DNA from: an uncultured archaeon
Lineage (GTDB): Archaea; Aenigmatarchaeota; Aenigmatarchaeia; Aenigmatarchaeales; Aenigmatarchaeaceae
NCBI GenBank assembly: GCA_964353745.1
Contig: CAYGWD010000002.1
Location: 1 to 61,705, forward strand
Direction: 5' to 3'
DNA length: 61,705 nucleotides
The notes under the pieces are model-generated. The model had not been told where the DNA came from and searched no databases. It worked only from the letters and a program-made list of their open reading frames with translations. Position 1 is the stretch's first letter; each line of letters opens with the position of its first letter. A program made the translations under genes and the position numbers. Below are positions 45,653 to 53,571 of this stretch, in pieces.

Positions 45653-46856
45653 AGGTAGATTATGGTGTGGAAAAGGTCGTTGCTCACTTTTGATTAAGTT
45701 TTACTCTTATACAAAAGCAAAACCTCTCATTGATTCAACCATGCTTAGCGGTTCGAGCCCTCCATCGTGCTTTATTGGTTCCTACGGCTATCCCAAGGTA
45801 TTCGTAGGTCCAATGCTTCCTCCTCAACACGGCGATACGAGCATAATGGACACGCCTGAACTATGGGCTAACAAATCAATACAAGAGATAGTTGACTTTA
45901 GATTCCAGTTGGTGAGAGGAAAATACCTGACCAACATAAAGAATTTTGATGGAAAGATAGTTGAGATAACAAGAGAAATAGCTCTTGCAGAGAATTCGCC
46001 AGACGCGGAGGTCGAGTTCAAGACGAAACCCACTGGAAGAATTATTCTAAATGACGAGGTCCAACCATTCGGTCCTTCTGCATCAATGATTAAACTAGAT
46101 GTGGGAAATTATACGTACAATAAGAGAGTGGAAAAAGCGTTTTATGATACTGATTTGAAAGCCAAGGATGCTGTCATTAATTTGTATAAGGATGGTTTGC
46201 TGGTCTCTAAGATACAGAAAGCATTTTCAGTCGGCGCCTTTGGCTTGGAAAAGAACAGGAAATTCGTTCCAACTCGTTGGAGCATTACTGCTGTTGATGA
46301 TACGTTAGGTAAGAATATGATTGAATACACCAAAACCTATCCTATAATAAATGATTTCAAAATTTATGAGCATAACCAACTAGACAATAAATGGATTGTC
46401 CTTATGATTCCGAGGGAATGGTCTTACGAATTGATAGAGGCTTGGTATCCAAAGACATTGTGGAATCCTGATAGCGTGAGAACAGAGATTTTTTCTGACC
46501 ATGAATTTTATGACGGTAGAAAGACTTATGCAGAGATAGGCGGATGTTACTATGCAGCCAGACTTGCGGCCAACGAGTTGTTGAACAAGGAGAGAAGACA
46601 GGCAGGAGTCGTAATAATGAGAGAGGCTCATCCAGGATACATCATGCCCGTAGGAGTGTGGAATGTGAGGGAAGCCGTCAGACAGGCCGTTAAAAAGGAA
46701 CCAATGAGTTTTTCAACTTTGAACGAGTCACTAGCATATATCTCTAAGAAGATGGATATTCCTGTTAAGAAATGGATAGAGCATAGTGCTGTATTGAGAG
46801 ACACTCTGCAGCAAAAAAGATTGGTAGACTTTTTGAAGGTGAAAGAATGGAAGTAA
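45630..46856 (+). CDS. nre: Nre-family (archaeal DNA-repair-associated, DUF650/651-like) protein
   Basis: N-terminal CxxCKGxxWCGxxxC, ~408 aa; the family call is from memory of the N-terminal Cys motif and size. Confidence 0.5.
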   Translation: MNQCALCKGRLWCGKGRCSLLIKFYSYTKAKPLIDSTMLSGSSPPSCFIGSYGYPKVFVGPMLPPQHGDTSIMDTPELWANKSIQEIVDFRFQLVRGKYLTNIKNFDGKIVEITREIALAENSPDAEVEFKTKPTGRIILNDEVQPFGPSASMIKLDVGNYTYNKRVEKAFYDTDLKAKDAVINLYKDGLLVSKIQKAFSVGAFGLEKNRKFVPTRWSITAVDDTLGKNMIEYTKTYPIINDFKIYEHNQLDNKWIVLMIPREWSYELIEAWYPKTLWNPDSVRTEIFSDHEFYDGRKTYAEIGGCYYAARLAANELLNKERRQAGVVIMREAHPGYIMPVGVWNVREAVRQAVKKEPMSFSTLNESLAYISKKMDIPVKKWIEHSAVLRDTLQQKRLVDFLKVKEWK

Positions 46857-47641
46857 AAGAAGTAAAATGCAAGACGATAATGAGCAAGTCAGGGCTTCAT
46901 GACAGCGATTTTTCTATAAACCCATACAGGGGCTGCGAGCATAATTGCTTTTATTGTTACGCTCCCTTTGTGCTCAGAGAGAAGAGGCCATGGGGTACAT
47001 TCCTCGATGTCAAGACCAATGCAGCTGACGTCTTATCCAGAGAGATCTTGAAGAACAAGAGCGGAAACATTCTGATAAGCAGTGTCACAGACCCTTACCA
47101 GAGCTTAGAGAAGAAGTACAAGATAACTAGAGAATTGCTGAAGAAATTAAACAAGAATTTCTTTGTTTCAATACTGACCAAATCTGCTTTGGTCCTAAGG
47201 GATTTGGATTTGTTCAGGAAATTGAACTGCGAGGTCGGCATGACAATAACTACCCTAGACGATAATATAGCAAAAATATTCGAGCCCAATTCTTCTCCTC
47301 CCGAGGAAAGGCTTGATGCTTTGAGTTACATCAAAGTTTCAGGCATAAAGACTTACATATTTTTCGGTCCTCTGTTGCCTTTCATGAGCGATGTTAATCT
47401 AGAGAAATCAATCAGCAGGTTTTCAATGGCAAAGCCTGACAAAATATACGTTGATAAATTAAACATAAAAAGAAAGGACCATTGGGAAAAGATTAAAGCT
47501 GCGCTTGCGGCCAATTATCCTGACATGGTTGACAAGTGGGAAAAGGTTCTGTTTTCCGAGAATGATTATTATGAAAAGTTGAAGCAGCGGATAGTAGAAT
47601 TGTTCCAGAAATATGATTTGAAATACGAGTTATGCTATTAA
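46847..47641 (+). CDS. radical SAM protein (SplB / DNA-repair-photolyase-like, COG1533-type)
   Basis: CEHNCFYCYA cluster near the N-terminus, ~264 aa; overlaps the nre stop. Confidence 0.6.
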   Translation: MEVKEVKCKTIMSKSGLHDSDFSINPYRGCEHNCFYCYAPFVLREKRPWGTFLDVKTNAADVLSREILKNKSGNILISSVTDPYQSLEKKYKITRELLKKLNKNFFVSILTKSALVLRDLDLFRKLNCEVGMTITTLDDNIAKIFEPNSSPPEERLDALSYIKVSGIKTYIFFGPLLPFMSDVNLEKSISRFSMAKPDKIYVDKLNIKRKDHWEKIKAALAANYPDMVDKWEKVLFSENDYYEKLKQRIVELFQKYDLKYELCY

Positions 47642-47689
47642 GTTCACTTTCAAATTCGAGTAAAATAGTTAGATTTAAATCCTTAACTG

Positions 47690-48088
47690 ATGAACTTATT
47701 TTTCATGGAAGAACGTTTGTATAGTGCATTGGACGTTTTTAGAGGAAACGACTTGGTAGAGATGGACTTGACAGTACCTTCTGGGAAGGAAAATGAAGTT
47801 AAAGGCATGCTATATGACATGTCAGGCACAAAGAATGGAATGTTCCAGAATGGTTGTTGGCAGTCAAAAAACCCTCAGACTAATACAGTCACTTTTTGGT
47901 CTCCAACTCTAACAGTAGAAAAAGCAAAAATAATATGTAAAGATTGCCCAGAATACGTTGGAATAAAGTTAAGCGCTGTTTATCCTGTCGGTTCCGAAGA
48001 AGCTGTTTACGAAGGGCCATTAACATTGGCTAGAAAAGAGTTCAGGTCTCTTCAGAGAAAGTTTAGGAAATTGATAGGAAAGACCTAG
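47690..48088 (+). CDS. hypothetical protein
   Basis: Open frame. Confidence 0.4.
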   Translation: MNLFFMEERLYSALDVFRGNDLVEMDLTVPSGKENEVKGMLYDMSGTKNGMFQNGCWQSKNPQTNTVTFWSPTLTVEKAKIICKDCPEYVGIKLSAVYPVGSEEAVYEGPLTLARKEFRSLQRKFRKLIGKT

Positions 48089-48158
48089 ATTTTTAAAAAA
48101 CAATAATTTATCAACACATTCGTAAACTAAATTAATAAGGTAAGACAATATTCTTTCT

Positions 48159-49541
48159 ATGAAATTGTCAAAGAAAAAGCTAAACCAGGCATTAAACAAT
48201 TCAATAAAAGACGGTGCAGCCTACTCTGCGATGGATGGCATAACCAGCACTTACACCACGCCATTCGCTTTGGCTCTGGGAGCCAATGACGCTGAGGTAG
48301 GAATATTGAGCTCTATTCCCAATCTCTTTATCACTTTGTCTCAGATATTTGCAGGAAAATACATAGAAAAAAGGGGCGGAAAAAAAGTAGCCGTAAGCCT
48401 TTCGTTAGCGCAAAGGTTAAGTTGGTTGCTCATCGCCTTCATACCTTTGTTTATTTTTCAAGGCAGTTTATTCTTGTTCATATTTCTAATAGTTCTGATA
48501 CAGGTTATCCTAAGTTTTGCTTCAACCGCATGGTCGGCTTGGATGGGTAATCTTGTTCCTGAGAACATCAGGGGCAGTTATTTTGGAAAGAGGAATGCGA
48601 TAGTAGGCATTTTTAGTTTTGCCACGGCACTGATTGCAGGATGGCTGCTAGGATTGATAAACGGCTTGATAGGATTCTCGTTGGTGTTTTTCCTTGCTTT
48701 TATCTTTGGTTTGATTTCCTACTTTTATCTAACAAAAATACCAGACACAGGATATAGACAGGAGAATAAGTCAAATAATAATTTCAATGCTTTCAAATTC
48801 ATCAAGGATTTTAAGAAATATAGCAACTTCCGTCCATTTACCGTTCACATGTCTTTGTTAAGTTTTGCGGTAAATATAGCGTCGCCTTTCTTTACAGTCT
48901 ACATGCTCAGCGTCATGAAAATAGGCTATGAATGGTACGGCATAGTTGTCGCAACAGAAATTTTCGCAAGGATTCTGATGCAGAGATATTGGGGTAGGCT
49001 GTCTGACAAATTCGGAGACAGGACAATAATGTGCTTGTGCAACATCCTCATAGTATTCTATCCGTTGCTGTTTTTGTTTGCTGTCAATACCTTCCAATTA
49101 ATTTTGATAAGCATATTCTCGGGCATTGCTTGGAGCGGTTTTGATCTTACATCCTTCAACTACCTATTAGACATTACACCGCCTGAAAAGAGGCCTTCCT
49201 ATATTGCAAACTATAAAATATACGTTGGCTTTGCCTTGTTTCTAGGACCTCTGGCAGGGGGTTTTCTGTCCCAATATTTTGCTAATACAACCTTTTTATG
49301 GCTGAGCGGTTTGCAAGTTATATTTTTGCTGTCCTTTATCCTGAGAGGCGCAGTAACTGCTTATGGTATTCCTAGGATAAAGGAGGTTAGGGCCAAAAAG
49401 ATTTTGCCGGTGAGCGATGTTTTCCTCAAAGCCTTCGCAATCTATCCTGTCAGGGGGATAACGCATGAGTTAGTCTATGTTCAGAACAGATTCGAGCAAT
49501 GGGAAGATGGCATTAGAAAGAAATTTAAAAGTCTAAAATAA
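48159..49541 (+). CDS. MFS-type transporter
   Basis: ~12 hydrophobic segments, 460 aa. Confidence 0.65.
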   Translation: MKLSKKKLNQALNNSIKDGAAYSAMDGITSTYTTPFALALGANDAEVGILSSIPNLFITLSQIFAGKYIEKRGGKKVAVSLSLAQRLSWLLIAFIPLFIFQGSLFLFIFLIVLIQVILSFASTAWSAWMGNLVPENIRGSYFGKRNAIVGIFSFATALIAGWLLGLINGLIGFSLVFFLAFIFGLISYFYLTKIPDTGYRQENKSNNNFNAFKFIKDFKKYSNFRPFTVHMSLLSFAVNIASPFFTVYMLSVMKIGYEWYGIVVATEIFARILMQRYWGRLSDKFGDRTIMCLCNILIVFYPLLFLFAVNTFQLILISIFSGIAWSGFDLTSFNYLLDITPPEKRPSYIANYKIYVGFALFLGPLAGGFLSQYFANTTFLWLSGLQVIFLLSFILRGAVTAYGIPRIKEVRAKKILPVSDVFLKAFAIYPVRGITHELVYVQNRFEQWEDGIRKKFKSLK

Positions 49542-49560
49542 ATAGCATAGAGGTGATTCT

Positions 49561-50175
49561 TTGAAAAAATTAGTTGTAATTGCGTTAGTAGCTATGGTCT
49601 TGACAGCTACGATAGTATTCGCACTGCCAAAGCCCTTGCAGAACAATAAGGATGCATTCAAAACAATGCTAAAGGATTATCTGAGTCCGGTTTTGCACGG
49701 TTATGGGATAGGCTTTACACAAGACAACTACATCACAGCAAAATGGCACATCACTAATATAAAAATATTAAACAAGACTGAGATAAAAGATGTGATACAG
49801 AAAGCAAAATCAGAAAACGTGGCAGACTGGAACACTATGCTGGTAAGGATAAAGTCCGAATTGGATACAAATGGAATGATCGCAAAGAAAGGAAGAATCA
49901 GGATGGAAGGTAAAGATTATCTTTTGACAACAATTCAAGTTTCTGATGCAAACGCTACCGCAGAAATAAGGGAGATGCCTGACTGGAACGCTTGCAAACA
50001 GCAGAATGTCTCGGCAGAAGATTGCGAGGAAAATGCAACAAATATTGGTAACATATCATTAACTAAGAAAACAAGAGCAAACCAAGAAATATCTGGCGAG
50101 CCAAGAGTTTGGGCAGGAACACTGAATTTCAATAATACCGCTTATACGTTCGTTACACTGGTTTATCCGAGGTGA
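49561..50175 (+). CDS. secreted/anchored hypothetical protein
   Basis: N-terminal signal-like helix; TTG start. Confidence 0.45.
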   Translation: MKKLVVIALVAMVLTATIVFALPKPLQNNKDAFKTMLKDYLSPVLHGYGIGFTQDNYITAKWHITNIKILNKTEIKDVIQKAKSENVADWNTMLVRIKSELDTNGMIAKKGRIRMEGKDYLLTTIQVSDANATAEIREMPDWNACKQQNVSAEDCEENATNIGNISLTKKTRANQEISGEPRVWAGTLNFNNTAYTFVTLVYPR

Positions 50176-50179
50176 TGCT

Positions 50180-50440
50180 ATGAATTCAAAATTGATAATA
50201 GTCGCAGTCGTTATAGCAATAGCGATAGCATTTATGGCCTTTATTAGTTCACAGAAAGTTTCATCTGGAACATCCACGAGTGGAACCACAGTTACAAGCG
50301 AGGAAAGTTCTATTGTAGACGATCAGGTAAACAGCATATCCGAGGAGCAATTGAAGGCTGTTTCAGCAGAAGACCCTAACTTTATAGCAGATTCTCAGAA
50401 CAGCATAGTAGCTGATGCAAGCATATTTTATTATGAGTGA
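50180..50440 (+). CDS. small N-terminally anchored protein
   Basis: N-terminal TM, Ser/Thr-rich linker. Confidence 0.4.
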   Translation: MNSKLIIVAVVIAIAIAFMAFISSQKVSSGTSTSGTTVTSEESSIVDDQVNSISEEQLKAVSAEDPNFIADSQNSIVADASIFYYE

Positions 50441-50483
50441 TTTTCCCTTTTGATTATTAATCCAGAATATATTTGTTGAAATA

Positions 50484-50615
50484 TTATACTATTAATCTTA
50501 ATCTCCTGACAGCGTCCCTGACAGCCTCGGACCTGTTGGGATAAAAGCCTTTTTCTATAAAGCCATCAAGCTTTTCGATAAGCTCTCTTGTCAGCCTTAT
50601 TTGAATTGGGTGCAT
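50484..50615 (-). CDS. CopG/RHH-family protein (43 aa)
   Basis: MHPIQIRLTRELIEKLDGFIEKGFYPNRSEAVRDAVRRL. Confidence 0.6.
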   Translation of the reverse strand: MHPIQIRLTRELIEKLDGFIEKGFYPNRSEAVRDAVRRLRLIV

Positions 50616-50851
50616 AACTAAATTAAAGACAGAAAAGGATTTATATGTGAATTCCTTTAAAAAGGTTTCTTTCTTCGATACACCCGTGTTATTTCTGTAA
50701 TTCTCATGCAATTTAATTCGTAGAACTTATCAATGTGACTGATAGAAAAGGATTTAACTTAATTTTTCCACTGAAGTGGTAATTTTTATTAACACTATAA
50801 AGAGTTAAATATATCTGTATTTCTGATAATTTTTATATTTTCAATTGAAAA

Positions 50852-51259
50852 TTATCTTTCAATATAGCTCTTTATTTCTTTTATAAACATCCTAACATCT
50901 ATAAGGCTATTTTTAATTATTTCTTTCAAATGCTCAACTTTAATCCCAGCATACCTATGAACTAGAAGATTACGAAATTTTGCCATTTCAGCTAATCTTT
51001 TTCCAAGCGTTTCAGATATAACTTTGTTTTCTATAAGTATTGTAAACATTCTTGAATATTCCTCAGCTCTTTCAAAACCCTTTGCTGATATTATGTGATT
51101 GGCTATATCTATACAAGCTTCTGTTATTTCAAACAAAGAATATTTTACAGCTTGAATATCTCTATATTCCTTTAATTCTTTCCCCTTATAATTTTCAAGG
51201 AACTTTAAATCATCTTCTATTATATCAAACTTTGCTTCTATTAGATCTTTATCTATCAT
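50852..51259 (-). CDS. hepT: HEPN-domain toxin HepT (DUF86)
   Basis: RNLLVHRY (Rx4H) motif, 135 aa; overlaps the upstream MNT gene. Confidence 0.8.
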   Translation of the reverse strand: MIDKDLIEAKFDIIEDDLKFLENYKGKELKEYRDIQAVKYSLFEITEACIDIANHIISAKGFERAEEYSRMFTILIENKVISETLGKRLAEMAKFRNLLVHRYAGIKVEHLKEIIKNSLIDVRMFIKEIKSYIER

Positions 51260-51651
51260 ACGCCTAACCTTTCTGTTCTCATTTTATCATATTCCTTATA
51301 AAATGGCTTAAAATCTATATATTTACGTATCATGAGTGTTTCAAATCTTATCCTTTTACTTTCATCTCTTGAAAATATTAACTTTCCATATTTTAAAACT
51401 TGATTAACAAAGCGTAAGGGTTTGTCATTTAAAACAACAACCTCAACATTTTTTAAATTTGCTTTATTCTCTATTTCTAAAGCCAACTTAACCTCATAAA
51501 AGATATTTTTTTTAAATTTTTCTTTTAAAACTATTCCAATATCAATATCACTACTTTTTCTCATCTGACCCCTTGCTAAAGAGCCGTACAAGTAACTAAA
51601 AGCAATTTCTTTATGTTTTTCTAGTATTTTGGATATGCCTTTTAATTCCAT
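51256..51651 (-). CDS. mntA: minimal nucleotidyltransferase antitoxin MntA
   Basis: GSLARGQ...SDIDIGIV. Confidence 0.8.
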   Translation of the reverse strand: MELKGISKILEKHKEIAFSYLYGSLARGQMRKSSDIDIGIVLKEKFKKNIFYEVKLALEIENKANLKNVEVVVLNDKPLRFVNQVLKYGKLIFSRDESKRIRFETLMIRKYIDFKPFYKEYDKMRTERLGV

Positions 51652-51738
51652 ATCTTCTAATTAAGTTTGTTAGAATTTATATATTTGTAATTAATATACA
51701 AATTTATATCGAAAAATTTATATATTATTGGTTCAATA

Positions 51739-51882
51739 ATGGTGCACATGGTTCAAAATAAAGACAATATCGATTTGGAGGCAGTATTACTTTTGCTCAG
51801 GGACGAAAATCACCTAAGAGGCATAGCTAAGCAGTTGAATGAGCCGGTTTATTTCATAGAATTTATAAAACAGCCAAACTGA
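51739..51882 (+). pseudogene. orphan N-terminal wHTH fragment of an HTH-nucleotidyltransferase gene
   Basis: AVLLLLRDENHLRGIAKQLNEP resembles the wHTH of 52287..52808-type proteins but stops after 47 codons. Confidence 0.4.
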
Positions 51883-52296
51883 TCATAACTTTACATATTT
51901 TTTTATTAAATTTCTTTTCATAATGAAAATTTTGTTTATTATTTCTTTTCCCTGCTTGAATTCTACCTTGGTTCCATAATAATTTATGCTGTTCCTTATC
52001 CATCTAAGCCTGTCGAATTCCTCGTACTCAAATTCCTTAAATAGATTTTTCAGCAGTTCTCCGATGCAGATGTGAGATAAAACTTTATAACCCTTATAAA
52101 TGCAAATCGCTTCCATCGCCTCCCTTAAAGAATCGTATGCAAGAGAGACATATGCTGAGATGTTAACGCTATCCACGGACGCCTTCCTTACAGCATCCTC
52201 TTTTATCTTGGACATTTCTATCAAAGATTTGATGAGATTTTCATCCACTTCTGTTTTCTTTATCAAACCTTTTTGGAAGCATTCCTCTATGTCCAT
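51883..52296 (-). CDS. HEPN-domain protein
   Basis: All-helical 137 aa, RWIRNSINYYG region; paired with the upstream NTase. Confidence 0.6.
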   Translation of the reverse strand: MDIEECFQKGLIKKTEVDENLIKSLIEMSKIKEDAVRKASVDSVNISAYVSLAYDSLREAMEAICIYKGYKVLSHICIGELLKNLFKEFEYEEFDRLRWIRNSINYYGTKVEFKQGKEIINKIFIMKRNLIKKYVKL

Positions 52297-52808
52297 TTTA
52301 CATTACCTTGCACAACAATGCCGTTTAAAACATTGTTAATAAGATACTCGTTCTTCAGCTCTTTAACATTATTTACAACGAAGAGTTGTAATTTTCTGTT
52401 GATTTTTTCCTCAAACCTTTTTGTGTCAAAGCTATCTGTCTTTTCAGAGATTATAAGCAAGTCAAAGTCGCTTGTTTCTGTGTCAAGGCCGCGAGCAGCG
52501 GAGCCGAACAGTGTTATTGCCGGTTTCAGATAGAAGATGTTCAAGGCATCGAGCAGACCAGATTCTCTCAGCTTTCTTAAATTATAATATAATTTTAAAT
52601 CTCTGTAGTCATTGCTTTCTAGGTTTGCCTTGTACAAAATGAAAATTCTTTCCTTCCTTTCTTTCAAGAAATTCCCCTTTGCCAATTCCTTAAGCTCCTT
52701 GCTTGCCGTGGCCGGAGAGACTTTTAGAACTCTGGAAGCCTCCCTTACGTTAAATTCTCTGCTCGGCTCCTCAAAGAATATTCTCAACATCTCAAATATT
52801 TCGAACAT
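52287..52808 (-). CDS. wHTH + nucleotidyltransferase (MNT-type) protein
   Basis: GSAARGLDTETSDFDLLI; N-terminal wHTH REASRVLKVSPATASKELKEL. Confidence 0.75.
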   Translation of the reverse strand: MFEIFEMLRIFFEEPSREFNVREASRVLKVSPATASKELKELAKGNFLKERKERIFILYKANLESNDYRDLKLYYNLRKLRESGLLDALNIFYLKPAITLFGSAARGLDTETSDFDLLIISEKTDSFDTKRFEEKINRKLQLFVVNNVKELKNEYLINNVLNGIVVQGNVKWT

Positions 52809-53212
52809 ATATTGTACACCGTTCCTCTCTTGACTCCTGTCTTTTTAGCGATTTGTCTATAGCTAAGGCCTTCTCTTCTTAATTTAAGAATTTCTTCTAT
52901 CTCTGTCTCGTTTACAATATGTGAAGAGTACGAATCTATCAATTCCGTCATTTGCTTTCCTTTGACATCAAAATTCGATCCAACTAATTCATGAAATTTG
53001 CGTATATTATGATACCCCAATATTTTCAATCTATAACAATTTTTATCTTTGTATAAACGGCTGATTATTCCAATGTTTTTTAATTTTTCACGTATTCTTT
53101 TCATGATGAGGATATTCTGGTTTGTTATGATTATTTGTTTGCCTTTGACCGATACGCAACCCTCTCCATCGAAAAATCCACGAATATACTCCAAAGTAAT
53201 TTGATTGTTCAT
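52784..53212 (-). CDS. single-motif LAGLIDADG endonuclease-like protein with C-terminal HTH
   Basis: YIRGFFDGEGC canonical motif; LRREGLSYRQIAKKTGVKRGTVYNI HTH; stop overlaps the downstream gene start by 25 nt. Confidence 0.75.
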   Translation of the reverse strand: MNNQITLEYIRGFFDGEGCVSVKGKQIIITNQNILIMKRIREKLKNIGIISRLYKDKNCYRLKILGYHNIRKFHELVGSNFDVKGKQMTELIDSYSSHIVNETEIEEILKLRREGLSYRQIAKKTGVKRGTVYNICSKYLRC

Positions 53213-53571
53213 TTTATCTTACTATTGTTTAAATATATGAACAACTGTTTAAATAGCTTTCTATTATGAGATTTTCTGAAGATTCATCTAAGGATGAAAC
53301 ATCTTTAACACATAATGATTTTTACGCGTTTTCGTAATTGCTGTGCAATTCAATTCATAGTGCTCCCCAATCACGAATGTAAACCGATTTCAGATAAAAA
53401 TAAATAATATAATTAACAATTATCTTATGAAAGTGAGTTCATTTTTTAAGTAAAACTTATCAATTACTTATGTAATGACTGCGTAATGGGAGATAGGTAT
53501 TAATATTTTTGTTTCCTATTGTAAGTTATGTTTCGCTTAAAAAAGAAACAAAAAATAGGGGGTGTGTAGTT

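Noticed and set aside
53213-53400. Dead 5' copy of the wHTH-NTase gene upstream of the third LAGLIDADG gene
   Set aside because: Only ATGTT is shared with the live start, which is indistinguishable from chance.
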